Positions 26,588-36,817 of a stretch of DNA of 64,000 nt are shown here, in pieces; within the stretch, counting starts at the first letter, position 1, and each line of letters starts with the position of its first letter. Source of the DNA: Acidobacteriota bacterium (GTDB lineage: Bacteria; Acidobacteriota; Thermoanaerobaculia; UBA5066; Gp7-AA6); assembly GCA_050257975.1 (NCBI GenBank), contig JBLMXY010000016.1, forward strand, positions 1,236 through 65,235, in the 5' to 3' direction. The notes under the pieces were generated by a model that had not been told where the DNA came from, made no database searches, and saw only the letters and a program-made list of their open reading frames with translations. Position numbers and translations under genes: made by a program.

Positions 26588-26631
26588 TATAATCCGCCCG
26601 AATTGAAGAGCTTCCGAGTCGGGCGGCACCC

Positions 26632-27660
26632 GTGACCGGCGGCGCGACGCGAGAGCGCCTGCTGGCGCTGATCGGCTCCCTGGCCGGCCGTCGCGTCGTC
26701 GTCGCCGGAGATTACGTTCTCGACCGGTTCGTGTACGGCCACCCCAAACGGGTCAGCCGGGAGGCTCCGGTCCTGATCCTCCGCTTCTGGAGGGAGGAGA
26801 GCCTGCCCGGCGGCGCCGGCAACACCGCCGCCAACGTGCGGTCGCTCGGGGGCGTCCCGCTGCCGGTTGGAGCCGTCGGAGACGACGAGGCGGGGCGCGC
26901 GCTCCGGCAGATCTTCGAGGAGCGCGGCATCGCGACCGCGGGTCTCGTCGAGACCGCCGGCTACGCGACGCCGACCAAGACGCGCATTCTCGGCGGCGCT
27001 CCCCACGCGATCAAGCAGCAGATCGTGCGCTACGACCGCGAGGGCCGGCTGCCGAATGACGCCGCGCTCGAGGCCGCCCTGGCGCAGCGGCTCGACGAGC
27101 AGGCGCGAGGCGCCGCGGGCGCCATCCTTTCCGACTACGGCTACGGCGCCGTCTCCCCCGCGGCGGTCGCACCCCTGCGGGCGGCGCTCGCCCCGGGAGC
27201 TCCCATCCTGGTCGACTCGCGACACGACCTGATGTCGTACGCGGGGGTGGACGCCGTCACGCCCAACGAGGAGGAGCTCGAGGAGTGCGCGGGCTTCCCG
27301 GTCGGAGACTCGCCGGCAGAGCTCGCCCGCGCGGGACGACGGGTCGCGGAGGCCGTGGGCTGCCGCACCGTTCTGGTCACTCGCGGCTCGCGCGGCATGG
27401 CGCTCTTCGAGGGCGCCGGGGAGCCGGAGCTGATCCCGGTCCACGGCACCGACCAGGTCGCCGACGTGACGGGCGCCGGGGACACGGTGCTCGCAACCTT
27501 CTCGCTCGCGCTCGCCTCGGGCGCGTCGGCCCGCGAAGCCGCGCTGCTCGCCAACTTCGCCGGCGGGGTCGTGGTCATGAAGATGGGGACGGCGATCGTG
27601 ACGCCCGAGGAGCTGCGCCAGGCCGTCCTCTCGGACCGCGCCATCCTGCCCTCCGCATGA
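26632..27660 (+). CDS. hldA: D-glycero-beta-D-manno-heptose-7-phosphate kinase (RfaE domain I type, PfkB family)
   Basis: ORF 26632..27660. PfkB carbohydrate-kinase pattern ([10 protein letters not shown]..., DVTGAGDTV). Followed by the adenylyltransferase as a separate gene. Confidence 0.8.
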   Translation: MTGGATRERLLALIGSLAGRRVVVAGDYVLDRFVYGHPKRVSREAPVLILRFWREESLPGGAGNTAANVRSLGGVPLPVGAVGDDEAGRALRQIFEERGIATAGLVETAGYATPTKTRILGGAPHAIKQQIVRYDREGRLPNDAALEAALAQRLDEQARGAAGAILSDYGYGAVSPAAVAPLRAALAPGAPILVDSRHDLMSYAGVDAVTPNEEELEECAGFPVGDSPAELARAGRRVAEAVGCRTVLVTRGSRGMALFEGAGEPELIPVHGTDQVADVTGAGDTVLATFSLALASGASAREAALLANFAGGVVVMKMGTAIVTPEELRQAVLSDRAILPSA

Positions 27661-28133
27661 GCGTCGCGAAGATCCTGACGCCGGCGCGGCTCCTCGAGCG
27701 GGCATCGGAGCAGCGCGCGCGGGGGCTGCGGATCGTCTTCGCCAACGGCGCCTTCGACCTCCTCCACGTCGGGCACGTGCGGTACCTCGAGGCGGCGCGG
27801 CGCGAGGGAGACTGGCTCGTCGTCGGCGTCAATTCGGACCGCTCGGTCGAGGCGGCCAAGGGGCCGGGCCGGCCCGTCGTGCCCGAGCGCGAGCGCGCGG
27901 AGCTGGTCGCGGCGCTCGGGTGCGTGGACGCCGTGACGATCTTCGACGAGCCCTCGCCCGAGGCCTTGATCCGGATGCTCCGGCCCGAGGTCCACGCGAA
28001 GGGAACCGACTACACCGCCGAGAGCGTTCCGGAAAGGGAGGCCGTCGCGGCCTACGGAGGGCGCACGGTGATCGTCGGAGACCCCAAGGGCCACGCCACG
28101 ACGGATCTGATCGAGAGAATCAAGTCGGCGTGA
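27657..28133 (+). CDS. hldC: D-glycero-beta-D-manno-heptose-1-phosphate adenylyltransferase (RfaE domain II type)
   Basis: ATG 27657 (ATGA overlap). Contains the cytidylyltransferase motif [16 protein letters not shown]. Confidence 0.82.
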   Translation: MSVAKILTPARLLERASEQRARGLRIVFANGAFDLLHVGHVRYLEAARREGDWLVVGVNSDRSVEAAKGPGRPVVPERERAELVAALGCVDAVTIFDEPSPEALIRMLRPEVHAKGTDYTAESVPEREAVAAYGGRTVIVGDPKGHATTDLIERIKSA

Positions 28134-29110
28134 AGCTGCTGATCGTCCGGCTCTCCGCGTTGGGCGACATCATCCACACGCTTCCGCTCGCGGCGAACGC
28201 GCGTCGGGCGGGCGCCTCCGTGGGATGGCTCTGCGAAAGCCGGTACCGGGACGTGCTCGAAGGCAATCCGAACGTCGAGCGGATCTTCCTCGCGGACACC
28301 CGCGGGTGGCGCAGCGACCCGGTCGGCGCGGCGACGCGGCGCGGCTACCGACGCCTGCGGTCCGAGCTCGCGATGTTCGGGGCGGACCGAACGATCGACG
28401 CGCAGGGACTCTGGAAGTCCGCGGTTCTGGCGCGGCTGGCCGGGGCGCCCGTCGCCGGCTTCGCGGCCTCCGAGCGGCGCGAAGGCTCCTCGGCACTTCT
28501 CTGCGGGCTGCGCGTGCGGCCGTCCCCCGAGGCCCGGCACGTCGTGGACCGCAACCTCTCGCTGCTGTCCGCCGTCGGGGTCCCGATCCTGGCGCGCGCT
28601 CCCGACGCGAGGTACCTGCTCGCGCGGGAAAGCCCCGAGGCGGAGGCGTTTCTCGCGGCGCAGCCGCGGCCCTTCGCGCTCTATCACCCGGGCGCGGGCC
28701 GACCCGAGAAGGTCTGGGGCGAGGAGAATCTCGCGCGCGTCGCGACGCGGCTCGCGCAGGGCGCCGGGCTCGCGCCGGTGCTCTCCTGGGGGCCCGGCGA
28801 CGAGGAGCGGGTCGCGCGGATGGCCGCCCGCCTGCCCGAGGCGCGTCGCCTCCCGAGCCTCGCGCCCCACGGCCTCGCGCGCGTGATGGCGGCGGCCGAG
28901 ATCTTCGTCGGCGGCGACACCGGGCCGCTCCATCTGGCCGACGCCGTCGGCGTCCGCACGCTGGCGCTCTTCGGCCCGACGGATCCCGAGCGAAACGGCC
29001 CCTACCGCGGCGCTTTCCTGCGCTACGACGCGGCCACGTCTCCGGAAGACGTCGCGGCAAGCGCGGCCGGAATCCTCGCGCGCCCCGCGCCCGGCGCCGT
29101 TCCCCTTTGA
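28130..29110 (+). CDS. LPS heptosyltransferase (glycosyltransferase family 9)
   Basis: GTG 28130 (GTGA overlap). [19 protein letters not shown]... and [10 protein letters not shown] are typical of WaaC/WaaF-type enzymes. Which heptosyltransferase it is cannot be told. Confidence 0.8.
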   Translation: MKLLIVRLSALGDIIHTLPLAANARRAGASVGWLCESRYRDVLEGNPNVERIFLADTRGWRSDPVGAATRRGYRRLRSELAMFGADRTIDAQGLWKSAVLARLAGAPVAGFAASERREGSSALLCGLRVRPSPEARHVVDRNLSLLSAVGVPILARAPDARYLLARESPEAEAFLAAQPRPFALYHPGAGRPEKVWGEENLARVATRLAQGAGLAPVLSWGPGDEERVARMAARLPEARRLPSLAPHGLARVMAAAEIFVGGDTGPLHLADAVGVRTLALFGPTDPERNGPYRGAFLRYDAATSPEDVAASAAGILARPAPGAVPL

Positions 29111-29146
29111 CACCCGGCTTCCGACGCCTTACGATGTCCCGACTCC

Positions 29147-30979
29147 ATGGTCGTCAAGCTAGGGGACCTCCTTCTCAAGGCGAAGCTGATTACGCAGGAT
29201 CAGCTGGAAGCCGCCTTGAAGCTGCAGCGCGAGGAAGGCGGAAAGCTCGGAGAGGCCCTCGTGCGCGTGGGAGCCGTCTCCGAGGCCGACATCACCGAAA
29301 CCCTTTCGCAGCAATTCGGTGTCCCCTCGATCGACCTCTCGGCGTTCGCCATCGATTCCGCCGTCATCAAGATCGTCCCGGCGGAGGTCGCGCGCAAGTA
29401 CGGTGTCCTTCCGGTGAACAAAACGGGGGCGACCCTCACCATCGCGATGGGAGATCCGACCAACGTCTTCGCGATGGACGACATCAAGTTCATGACGGGC
29501 TACAACGTCGAGCCGGTCGTCGCCTCCGAGGTCGCGCTGCGCAAGGCGATCGACAAGCACTACGGAACGCCGCGGTCGGTCGTTCTCAAGGAGAAGGCCA
29601 AGAGCGGCGGCGGGTTCGTTCCCGAGGCGAACCTCGAGGATGTGATGGCCTCCTCCTCGCTGACGATCGACGACATGGCCGGCGTCGGTCTGGGCGAGCT
29701 CAACATGGACGAGATCACCGGCATCGAGACCGGCGCCGACGTCGACGTGCTGAAGCAGGACGAGGGAGAGGAGATCGACCTCTCCGACCTGACCAAGTCG
29801 ACCGAGTCGGCCCCGATCATCAAGGTGTCCAACCTGATCCTGATCGAGGCCCTGAAGGCGGGCGCCTCGGACATCCACGTCGAGCCGTACGAAAAGGAGT
29901 TCCGCGTCCGGTTCCGGATCGACGGAGTGCTGCACAACATCATGGCGCTGCCGATGCGCACCCGCGACCCGCTGATCTCCCGCCTGAAAATCATGGCGAA
30001 GCTCGACATCTCCGAGAAGCGCCTCCCGCAGGACGGGCGGATCAAGATCCGCCTGCGGGTCGAGGAGCGCTCCCGCGACCTCGACCTGCGCGTCTCGACG
30101 GTCCCCACACAGTTCGGCGAAAAGGTCGTCATGCGGCTGCTCGACAAGAGCAAGCTCCAGCTCGACATGACGCAGCTCGGCTTCGAGCAGGAGGCGCTGC
30201 GCCGCTTCAAGGACGCGATCGACCGGCCCTACGGGATCGTCCTGGTCACCGGTCCCACGGGGTCGGGCAAGACCAACACGCTCTACTCCGCGATCGCCGC
30301 CTTGAACGACCCGACCGTCAACATCATGACCGCGGAGGACCCGATCGAGTTCAACCTGGCGGGGATCAATCAGGTCCAGATGAAGGAGCAGATCGGCCTG
30401 ACGTTCGCGTCGGCCCTGCGCTCTTTCCTGCGCCAGGATCCGGACATCATCCTGGTGGGAGAGATCCGCGACTTCGAAACGGCGGAGATCGCCGTCAAGG
30501 CGGCGCTGACGGGCCACCTGGTGCTTTCGACCCTCCACACCAACGATGCCCCTTCGACGATCAACCGCCTCATGAACATGGGCATCGAGCCCTTCCTCGT
30601 CGCGACGTCGATCAACGCGATCTGCGCCCAGAGGCTCGTCCGCCGCATCTGCACGCACTGCATGGAGGAGGTCGAGACCCCGCCGCAGATGCTGATCCAG
30701 GTTGGCTTTGCGCCCGACGAGGTCAAGACGATCAAGATCAAGCGAGGCCGCGGCTGCGAGAAGTGCAACAACGGCGGCTACAAGGGGCGCATCGGCCTCT
30801 ACGAGGCGCTCCAGTTCTCCGACGAGATCCGGGACATGATCCTCTCGGGCGCCTCTTCGATCGAACTGAAGCGCAAGGCGATCGAGGAAGGCATGGTCAG
30901 CCTGCGCATGGCCGGGCTTCAGAAGATCCGCGAAGGAATCACGACGCTCGAAGAGGTGCTGAGGGAGACTGTCCTTTAG
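29147..30979 (+). CDS. pilB: type IV pilus assembly ATPase PilB
   Basis: ORF 29147..30979. Has an MshEN/GSPII_E_N-type N-terminus (LGDLLLKAKLITQDQLEAALKLQ...), Walker A GPTGSGKTNT and the tetracysteine CTHC...CEKC. Confidence 0.9.
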   Translation: MVVKLGDLLLKAKLITQDQLEAALKLQREEGGKLGEALVRVGAVSEADITETLSQQFGVPSIDLSAFAIDSAVIKIVPAEVARKYGVLPVNKTGATLTIAMGDPTNVFAMDDIKFMTGYNVEPVVASEVALRKAIDKHYGTPRSVVLKEKAKSGGGFVPEANLEDVMASSSLTIDDMAGVGLGELNMDEITGIETGADVDVLKQDEGEEIDLSDLTKSTESAPIIKVSNLILIEALKAGASDIHVEPYEKEFRVRFRIDGVLHNIMALPMRTRDPLISRLKIMAKLDISEKRLPQDGRIKIRLRVEERSRDLDLRVSTVPTQFGEKVVMRLLDKSKLQLDMTQLGFEQEALRRFKDAIDRPYGIVLVTGPTGSGKTNTLYSAIAALNDPTVNIMTAEDPIEFNLAGINQVQMKEQIGLTFASALRSFLRQDPDIILVGEIRDFETAEIAVKAALTGHLVLSTLHTNDAPSTINRLMNMGIEPFLVATSINAICAQRLVRRICTHCMEEVETPPQMLIQVGFAPDEVKTIKIKRGRGCEKCNNGGYKGRIGLYEALQFSDEIRDMILSGASSIELKRKAIEEGMVSLRMAGLQKIREGITTLEEVLRETVL

Positions 30980-30986
30980 GACAGTG

Positions 30987-31066
30987 GTGCGGTGTCCGGG
31001 GTTCGGTTTTCGGTGTCCGGGTCAGGATCCGCGTCCGAGCACCGGGCACCGATCACCGAGCACCGG
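30987..31066. repeat. heptanucleotide-periodic hairpin element E (CGGTGyC class)
   Basis: Left arm CGGTGTC CGGGGTT CGGTTTT CGGTGTC CGGG. Right arm GTCCGAG CACCGGG CACCGAT CACCGAG CACCGG. It is preceded by a 6-bp stem CTGTCC-TTTA-GGACAG that contains the pilB stop codon. Confidence 0.85.
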
Positions 31067-31163
31067 CTCCTTTTCTTGCGCTGTTTCTGAACAGAACCGC
31101 TTCCCTTTTGGCCGGTCAGGTCCTAAACTAGCGGGACACAAATTGTCATAACCCGGGGGGCAG

Positions 31164-32321
31164 ATGGCCAGCGATACCACGCTCCATCAACTTTTGAAGC
31201 AGATGGTCGAGATGGGCGCATCCGACCTTCACCTGACGACCCAGTCGCCCCCCATGGTGCGCCTGGACGGGCGCTTGCTGCCGCTGCCGTACCCGCCGCT
31301 GACGGTCGCCGAGACCAAGCAGCTCGCGTATTCGGTCTTGACCGACACCCAGAAGCACCGGTTCGAGGAGAACCTGGAGCTCGATCTGTCCTTCGGCGTC
31401 AAGGGGCTCGCGCGGTTCCGCGGCAACAACTTCATGCAGCGCGGCGCCGTCGCCGGAGTCTACCGGCAGATTCCCTACGAGATCCTGGGGTTCCGAGAGC
31501 TCGGCCTGCCGTCGGTGGTCGAGAGCCTCTGCGAGAAGCCGCGCGGGCTGATCCTGGTCACCGGGCCGACGGGCTCCGGCAAGACGACCACGCTCGCGGC
31601 GATGCTGGACAAGATCAACCGCGAGAAGCAGCTCCACATCATCACGATCGAGGATCCGATCGAGTTCCTGCACGCCCACAAGAAGTGTCTCGTCAACCAG
31701 CGGGAGCTCCACGCGGACACGCACTCGTTCCCGAACGCCCTGAAGTCCGTCCTTCGCGAGGATCCGGACGTCGTGCTCGTCGGCGAAATGCGCGACCTCG
31801 AGACGATCGAATCGGCGCTGCGCATCGCCGAGACGGGCCACCTGACGCTGGCGACCCTGCACACCAACTCCGCCGTCTCCTCCATCAACCGCATCATCGA
31901 CGTCTTCCCGGCGCACCAGCAGACGCAGATCCGCACGCAGCTCTCCTTCGTGCTGGAGGGCATCATGTGCCAGTCGCTGCTCGAGCGCGCGAGCGGCAAG
32001 GGTCGCGCCATGGCGATGGAGATCCTGGTTCCCAACGCCGCGATCCGCAACCTGATCCGCGAGGACAAGGTGCACCAGATCTACTCGATGATGCAGACCG
32101 GGCAGGCCAAGTTCGGCATGCAGACGTTCAACCAGTCGCTGGCGACCCTCTACCACAAGAAGCTCATCACGCTGGAGAACGCGCTGTCCCGCTCCTCGAA
32201 CCCCGACGAGCTGCAGGACATCATCAGCCGCGGCGCCGGCGTGAACGTGACCACCGCGCCGACCACGCCCGCCGCGGCCGCCGCCGCCGCCGCCGCGGCG
32301 CGCAAGGCCTCGTCGGGTTAA
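31164..32321 (+). CDS. pilT: type IV pilus retraction (twitching motility) ATPase PilT
   Basis: ORF 31164..32321. Contains ASDLHLT, GPTGSGKTTTLAAM, IITIEDPIEF and the AIRNLIRE motif. Confidence 0.92.
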   Translation: MASDTTLHQLLKQMVEMGASDLHLTTQSPPMVRLDGRLLPLPYPPLTVAETKQLAYSVLTDTQKHRFEENLELDLSFGVKGLARFRGNNFMQRGAVAGVYRQIPYEILGFRELGLPSVVESLCEKPRGLILVTGPTGSGKTTTLAAMLDKINREKQLHIITIEDPIEFLHAHKKCLVNQRELHADTHSFPNALKSVLREDPDVVLVGEMRDLETIESALRIAETGHLTLATLHTNSAVSSINRIIDVFPAHQQTQIRTQLSFVLEGIMCQSLLERASGKGRAMAMEILVPNAAIRNLIREDKVHQIYSMMQTGQAKFGMQTFNQSLATLYHKKLITLENALSRSSNPDELQDIISRGAGVNVTTAPTTPAAAAAAAAAARKASSG

Positions 32322-32336
32322 CGGGAGAATCGCGCC

Positions 32337-33539
32337 ATGCCCAATTACGCCTGGAAGGGGCGCAACCGCGCCGGACTCGTTCAGGAAGGCGTTCTCGCGG
32401 CCGACTCGAAGGACCTCGCCCTGTCGAATCTGCGCCGCCAGAACATCGTCGTCACCGGAATCCGGGAGCGGGGCAAGGAGATCTCGCTGGCGAAGATGGG
32501 GCGGAGGGTCCCGCCCAAGACCCTCGCGGTCTTCACGCGCCAGTTCTCGGTCATGATCGACGCGGGGCTTCCCCTGGTGCAGTGCCTCGAGATCCTGGCG
32601 AACCAGCAGGAGCACAAGAATTTCCAGAAGATCCTGCTCCAGGTCCGGCAGGACGTCGAGGCGGGTTCGACGCTGGCCGACGCGATGCGCCGGCATCCCA
32701 AGGCCTTCGACAACCTCTACGTCAACATGATCGCGGCCGGCGAGGCGGGCGGCATTCTCGACACGATCCTTCAGCGCCTCTCGGTCTACATCGAAAAGGC
32801 CGTCAAGCTCCGCTCCCAGGTCCGCGCGGCCTTGATCTATCCCATCGCCGTCATCTGCATCGCCGCCATCGTCGTCGCGGTCATCCTCTTGAAGGTCATC
32901 CCGACGTTTGCGGCCCTCTTCACGAGCCTCGGGGCGGAGCTGCCGCTGCCCACCCGCGTCGTCATCTACTGCTCGAACTTCCTCGCCCGGTACTGGTGGG
33001 CCTTCGTCCTCCTGATCGGCGCCGGCGTCTTCGCATTCCGGCGCTACTACGCGACCTACAAGGGGCGCCGGGTCGTGGACGGCGCGCTCCTGAAGGCACC
33101 GATCCTCGGCATGATCCTGCGCAAGATCGCGGTCGCGCGTTTCTGCCGCACGCTGGCGACCCTGACTTCCTCCGGCGTGCCGATCCTCGAGAGCCTCGAC
33201 ATCACCGCCCGCACCTCCGGCAACGCGATCGTCGAGGACGCGATCCTCGAGGTGCGAAAGAGCGTCGAGGGCGGCAAGACCATCGTCGAGCCGCTGCGCG
33301 AATCGGGAGTCTTCCCGAACATGGTCGTGCAGATGATCGGCGTCGGCGAGCAGACCGGCGCTCTCGACGCCATGCTGAACAAGATCGCCGACTTCTACGA
33401 GGACGAAGTGGACGTGGCGGTGGCCGGCCTGGTCAAGCTGCTCGAGCCCGTCATGATCTTCATCCTGGGCGTGGTCATCGGCGGCATCGTCATCGCCATG
33501 TATCTGCCGATGTTCACGCTGATCAACAAGATCGGGTAA
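32337..33539 (+). CDS. pilC: type IV pilus platform protein PilC
   Basis: ORF 32337..33539. Two T2SSF repeats; GspF/PilC family; positioned after pilB and pilT. Confidence 0.9.
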   Translation: MPNYAWKGRNRAGLVQEGVLAADSKDLALSNLRRQNIVVTGIRERGKEISLAKMGRRVPPKTLAVFTRQFSVMIDAGLPLVQCLEILANQQEHKNFQKILLQVRQDVEAGSTLADAMRRHPKAFDNLYVNMIAAGEAGGILDTILQRLSVYIEKAVKLRSQVRAALIYPIAVICIAAIVVAVILLKVIPTFAALFTSLGAELPLPTRVVIYCSNFLARYWWAFVLLIGAGVFAFRRYYATYKGRRVVDGALLKAPILGMILRKIAVARFCRTLATLTSSGVPILESLDITARTSGNAIVEDAILEVRKSVEGGKTIVEPLRESGVFPNMVVQMIGVGEQTGALDAMLNKIADFYEDEVDVAVAGLVKLLEPVMIFILGVVIGGIVIAMYLPMFTLINKIG

Positions 33540-33546
33540 GCGAGAG

Positions 33547-33612
33547 TTGCCAGTTCCCGGTCGTCAGTTTTCAGTTCCGGACTGATCACTGATGACTGAC
33601 AACTGACAACTC
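33547..33612. repeat. heptanucleotide-periodic hairpin element F
   Basis: TTGCCAG TTCCCGG TCGTCAG TTTTCAG TTCCGG / ACTGATC ACTGATG ACTGACA ACTGACA AC. The centre is CAGTTCCGGACTG. Starts 8 nt after the pilC stop. Confidence 0.85.
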
Positions 33613-33626
33613 CAGGGCACTCCGGC

Positions 33627-35327
33627 ATGGACAACTCTCTCAAGCGATCCATCGGCTGGCTGACGGCGGCGCGGATCGCCGTCCTGCTGTTGATCCTGCT
33701 GTCGGCGATCCTGGTCCAGGCCGGCACGGGCGTGAAGTTCGAGCCCGCCGGCCCCTCCCTTCCCGCGGGCGGCGAGCTCTCCTTCCTGTATCTCTTGAAC
33801 GCCGCCGCCCTGCTGCTGGCGCTCTACCACTGGACGGTCGGGCGGCACCTGCCGGCCCGCCTCGAGGCCTACGTCCAGATCTTCGGCGACCTCGCGATCG
33901 TCACGGTCCTCGTCTACGGCTCGGGGGGCCCCGACTCGGTCTTCAACTTCCTCTACCTCGTCGTCATCGGCGCCTCCGCTTTCCTGCTGTACCGGACCGG
34001 GGCGGTGCTCGTCGCGTCGGTCGCCGCGGTCCTGTACGGCTCGGTGGTGCAGCTTCTGGCCTACGGAATCCTGCCGCCGCCGCCGCTCGCCCCCGTGTCT
34101 GACTGGGGAGGGGCGCGCGTGCGCTACAACCTGGCGATCACTGTCGCCGGCTTCTACGGCGTCGCGTTCATGGTGTCGTACCTCTCGGAGAAACTGCGCT
34201 CCGCGCGCGACGAGCTGGCCCTGCGGCAACGGGCGCTCCAGCGCCTCCAGAACCTCTACGGCAACGTCATCGCCACGATGTCCTCGGGCCTGATGACCAC
34301 GGACGCGCAGCAGCGCGTGACGTTCCTGAACCGCGCGGGCGGCGAGCTGCTCGGCGTCGACCCGGCCCGGGCGCCGGGGCGGCTGCTGTCGGAGCTCGGT
34401 TTCCGGTTCTCGGAGGGCTGGGATCAGATCCGGGCCCGGGCTCGCGGGCCGGAGACCTACCGCGACGAGATCGAGATCTCCCGCGGCACGGAGCGGCGCC
34501 TGCTCGGGTTCTCGCTCCGGATGCTCAAGGACGCCGAAGGAGACGAGGGAACGCTCCTGCTCTTTCAGGACCTGACGGATCTTCAGAAGCTCGAGCGGCA
34601 GGCGCGCTTCCACCAGCAGCTGGCCGCCGTGGGCGAGCTCGCCGCGGGCATCGCCCACGAGATCCGCAACCCGCTCGCCTCGATCTCCGGATCCGTGCAG
34701 GTTCTCTCCAAGGAACTCTCCGTGGGCTCGGCCGAACGGCGGCTGATGGAGATCATCGTGTCGGAGTCCAACCGCCTCTCGAAGATCCTCGAGGACTTTC
34801 TCCGCTTCGTCCGGCCTCAGGAGCGGCGGGTCGCGGCGTTCGACGTCGCGACCACGGTGACCGAGGTCATGGACCTCTTCCGGCTGAGCGACGAGGTCTC
34901 CGACGCCCACGTCATCGAGGTCCACGTCGAGCCGCGCACTTCGACGCTGTCGGGGGACCGGGATCAGATCCGGCAGATCGTCTACAACGTCGCCAAGAAC
35001 GCCGTGCACGCGATGTCGGCCGGCGGGAGGCTGTCCGTCCTGGGCCGCGAGGAGGACGCCTGGTACACGATTCGATTCACCGACACCGGGCGTGGAATGA
35101 GCGAGGAGGAGCTCTCGCGCCTCTTCACGCCTTTCTCGACCGCATTTGACGGAGGAACCGGGCTCGGCATGGCCATCGTCCGGCGCATCGTGGAGGACCA
35201 TGGCGGCGCGATCGACGCGGAGTCGCGCCCCGGCGAGGGGACGACGATTACGGTATTGCTCCCCCGCTCCTCCGCGCGCAAGACCGGCAGCGCCGAGCCG
35301 TCCGCGGTCCTGACGGGGGCGGCATGA
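33627..35327 (+). CDS. pilS: PilS-like sensor histidine kinase (multi-TM, PAS, HisKA, HATPase_c)
   Basis: ORF 33627..35327. About 6 TM helices, a PAS-like segment, the H-box HEIRNPLASI and G-boxes DTGRGM / GTGLGM. Followed by pilR. Confidence 0.8.
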   Translation: MDNSLKRSIGWLTAARIAVLLLILLSAILVQAGTGVKFEPAGPSLPAGGELSFLYLLNAAALLLALYHWTVGRHLPARLEAYVQIFGDLAIVTVLVYGSGGPDSVFNFLYLVVIGASAFLLYRTGAVLVASVAAVLYGSVVQLLAYGILPPPPLAPVSDWGGARVRYNLAITVAGFYGVAFMVSYLSEKLRSARDELALRQRALQRLQNLYGNVIATMSSGLMTTDAQQRVTFLNRAGGELLGVDPARAPGRLLSELGFRFSEGWDQIRARARGPETYRDEIEISRGTERRLLGFSLRMLKDAEGDEGTLLLFQDLTDLQKLERQARFHQQLAAVGELAAGIAHEIRNPLASISGSVQVLSKELSVGSAERRLMEIIVSESNRLSKILEDFLRFVRPQERRVAAFDVATTVTEVMDLFRLSDEVSDAHVIEVHVEPRTSTLSGDRDQIRQIVYNVAKNAVHAMSAGGRLSVLGREEDAWYTIRFTDTGRGMSEEELSRLFTPFSTAFDGGTGLGMAIVRRIVEDHGGAIDAESRPGEGTTITVLLPRSSARKTGSAEPSAVLTGAA

Positions 35328-36748
35328 GCCAGCCGCGACTGCTGATCGTCGACGACGAGGCGAGCCTGCGGGAAATGCTCGGGTTCGTCTTCAAGAAGGA
35401 GGGGTTCGACGTCCGCCTGGCGTCCAACTTCACCGAGGGGCTGGCCGACGCGCTGCGCTCCGCCCCCGACGTGATCCTCTGCGACATCAAGATGCCCGAC
35501 GGCAACGGCCTCGAGCTGCTGCGCCGGGTTCGGGAGGAGAACGCGCGGGTGCCCGTCATCATGATCACCGCCCACACCTCCACCGAGGACGCGGTCGAGG
35601 CGATGAAGGCGGGCGCCATCGACTACATCAAGAAGCCCTTCGACAACGACGAGCTGGTCCTGATCGTCCGGCGGGCGCTCGGCGAGAAGACTCTGCAGGA
35701 GGAGAACGTCTACCTCAAGCAGGAGCTCGCGGCCCGCTACACTTTCGCCAACATCATCGGCAAGGGCTCCCGGATGCAGGAGATCTTCCGCACGATCGAG
35801 AGGATCGGGAAGGTCTCCTCGACGGTCCTGATCACCGGCGAGAGCGGAACGGGCAAGGAGCTGATCGCGCGGGCGATCCACTTCACCTCGGTTCGCAAGG
35901 ACAAGAAGTTCGTCTCCATCAACTGCGGGGCTCTGCCGGAGACGCTTCTCGAGTCCGAGCTCTTCGGGCACGAGCGCGGCGCTTTCACCGGCGCGGTCAA
36001 GGAAAAGCGCGGCCTCTTCTCGGAGGCCGACGGCGGCACGCTCTTCCTCGACGAGATCTCCGAGACCTCGCCGACGATGCAGGTCAAGCTCCTGCGCGCG
36101 ATCCAGGAGAAGCTGATCCGCAAGGTGGGCGGCAACGAGGAGACGAGCGTCGACGTCCGGATCATCGCGGCCACCAACAAGGACCTCTCGGAGCTGGTCG
36201 CCCAGGGGAAGTTCCGCGAGGATCTCTTCTACCGCATCAACGTCATCCCGATCGCGCTGCCGCCCCTGCGGGCGCGCGCCGAGGACATCGCGCCCCTGAC
36301 CCAGCACTTCATCGGCAAGGTGTGCAAGGAACAGAAGATTCCGGAAAAGAAGATCTCGGCCGACGCGATGCGGCTGATCGAGGCCTACCCGTGGCCGGGC
36401 AACGTGCGGGAGCTCGAGAACACGCTCGAGCGCACCGTGGCGCTGGAGCCCGGACCCGTGATCAACGTGTCGAGCCTCCCCGAGGCGATCGCGCTCGGCG
36501 TCCGGACGCGCGTGCCGGACTTCGAGAGCCTGCCGGCCGAGGGAATCAACCTCGAGGCGTACCTCGAGGCGGTCGGAAAGCGCCTCATGCGCGAGGCGCT
36601 CGACCGCTGCGACGGCGTGCAGACCAAGGCGGCGGAGCTGCTGCGCATGTCGTTTCGCTCGTTCCGGTACTACGCGAAGAAGTACAACCTGGTTCGCAAG
36701 GAAGACCTCTACGAGGAGGGGCAGACGCAGGAGGCGGGGGGGAGGTAG
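35324..36748 (+). CDS. pilR: sigma-54-dependent response regulator (PilR/NtrC family)
   Basis: ORF 35324..36748 (ATGA overlap). Receiver domain (LIVDDE...D at [10 protein letters not shown]), AAA+ domain with GESGTGKE and GAFTGA, and a C-terminal HTH. Confidence 0.88.
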   Translation: MSQPRLLIVDDEASLREMLGFVFKKEGFDVRLASNFTEGLADALRSAPDVILCDIKMPDGNGLELLRRVREENARVPVIMITAHTSTEDAVEAMKAGAIDYIKKPFDNDELVLIVRRALGEKTLQEENVYLKQELAARYTFANIIGKGSRMQEIFRTIERIGKVSSTVLITGESGTGKELIARAIHFTSVRKDKKFVSINCGALPETLLESELFGHERGAFTGAVKEKRGLFSEADGGTLFLDEISETSPTMQVKLLRAIQEKLIRKVGGNEETSVDVRIIAATNKDLSELVAQGKFREDLFYRINVIPIALPPLRARAEDIAPLTQHFIGKVCKEQKIPEKKISADAMRLIEAYPWPGNVRELENTLERTVALEPGPVINVSSLPEAIALGVRTRVPDFESLPAEGINLEAYLEAVGKRLMREALDRCDGVQTKAAELLRMSFRSFRYYAKKYNLVRKEDLYEEGQTQEAGGR

Positions 36749-36750
36749 GA

Positions 36751-36792
36751 GGTCCCTGGTCCTTAGTCCCTCGTCCTTTTTCCTTAGTCCGC
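36751..36792. repeat. heptanucleotide repeat element G (single arm, GTCCyTn class)
   Basis: GGTCCCT GGTCCTT AGTCCCT CGTCCTT TTTCCTT AGTCCGC, starting 3 nt after the pilR stop. No complementary arm downstream. Confidence 0.8.
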
Positions 36793-36817
36793 AGCGGTCG
36801 GGTTACGATCTTCGGCG

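Noticed and set aside
36749-36817. Sigma-54 promoter (GG-N10-GC) downstream of pilR that could indicate a cryptic pilin gene
   Set aside because: CTGGTCCTTAGTCCC has GG but not GC at the +10 spacing, and no TGGCAC/TTGC-like elements. No prepilin-type ORF follows.
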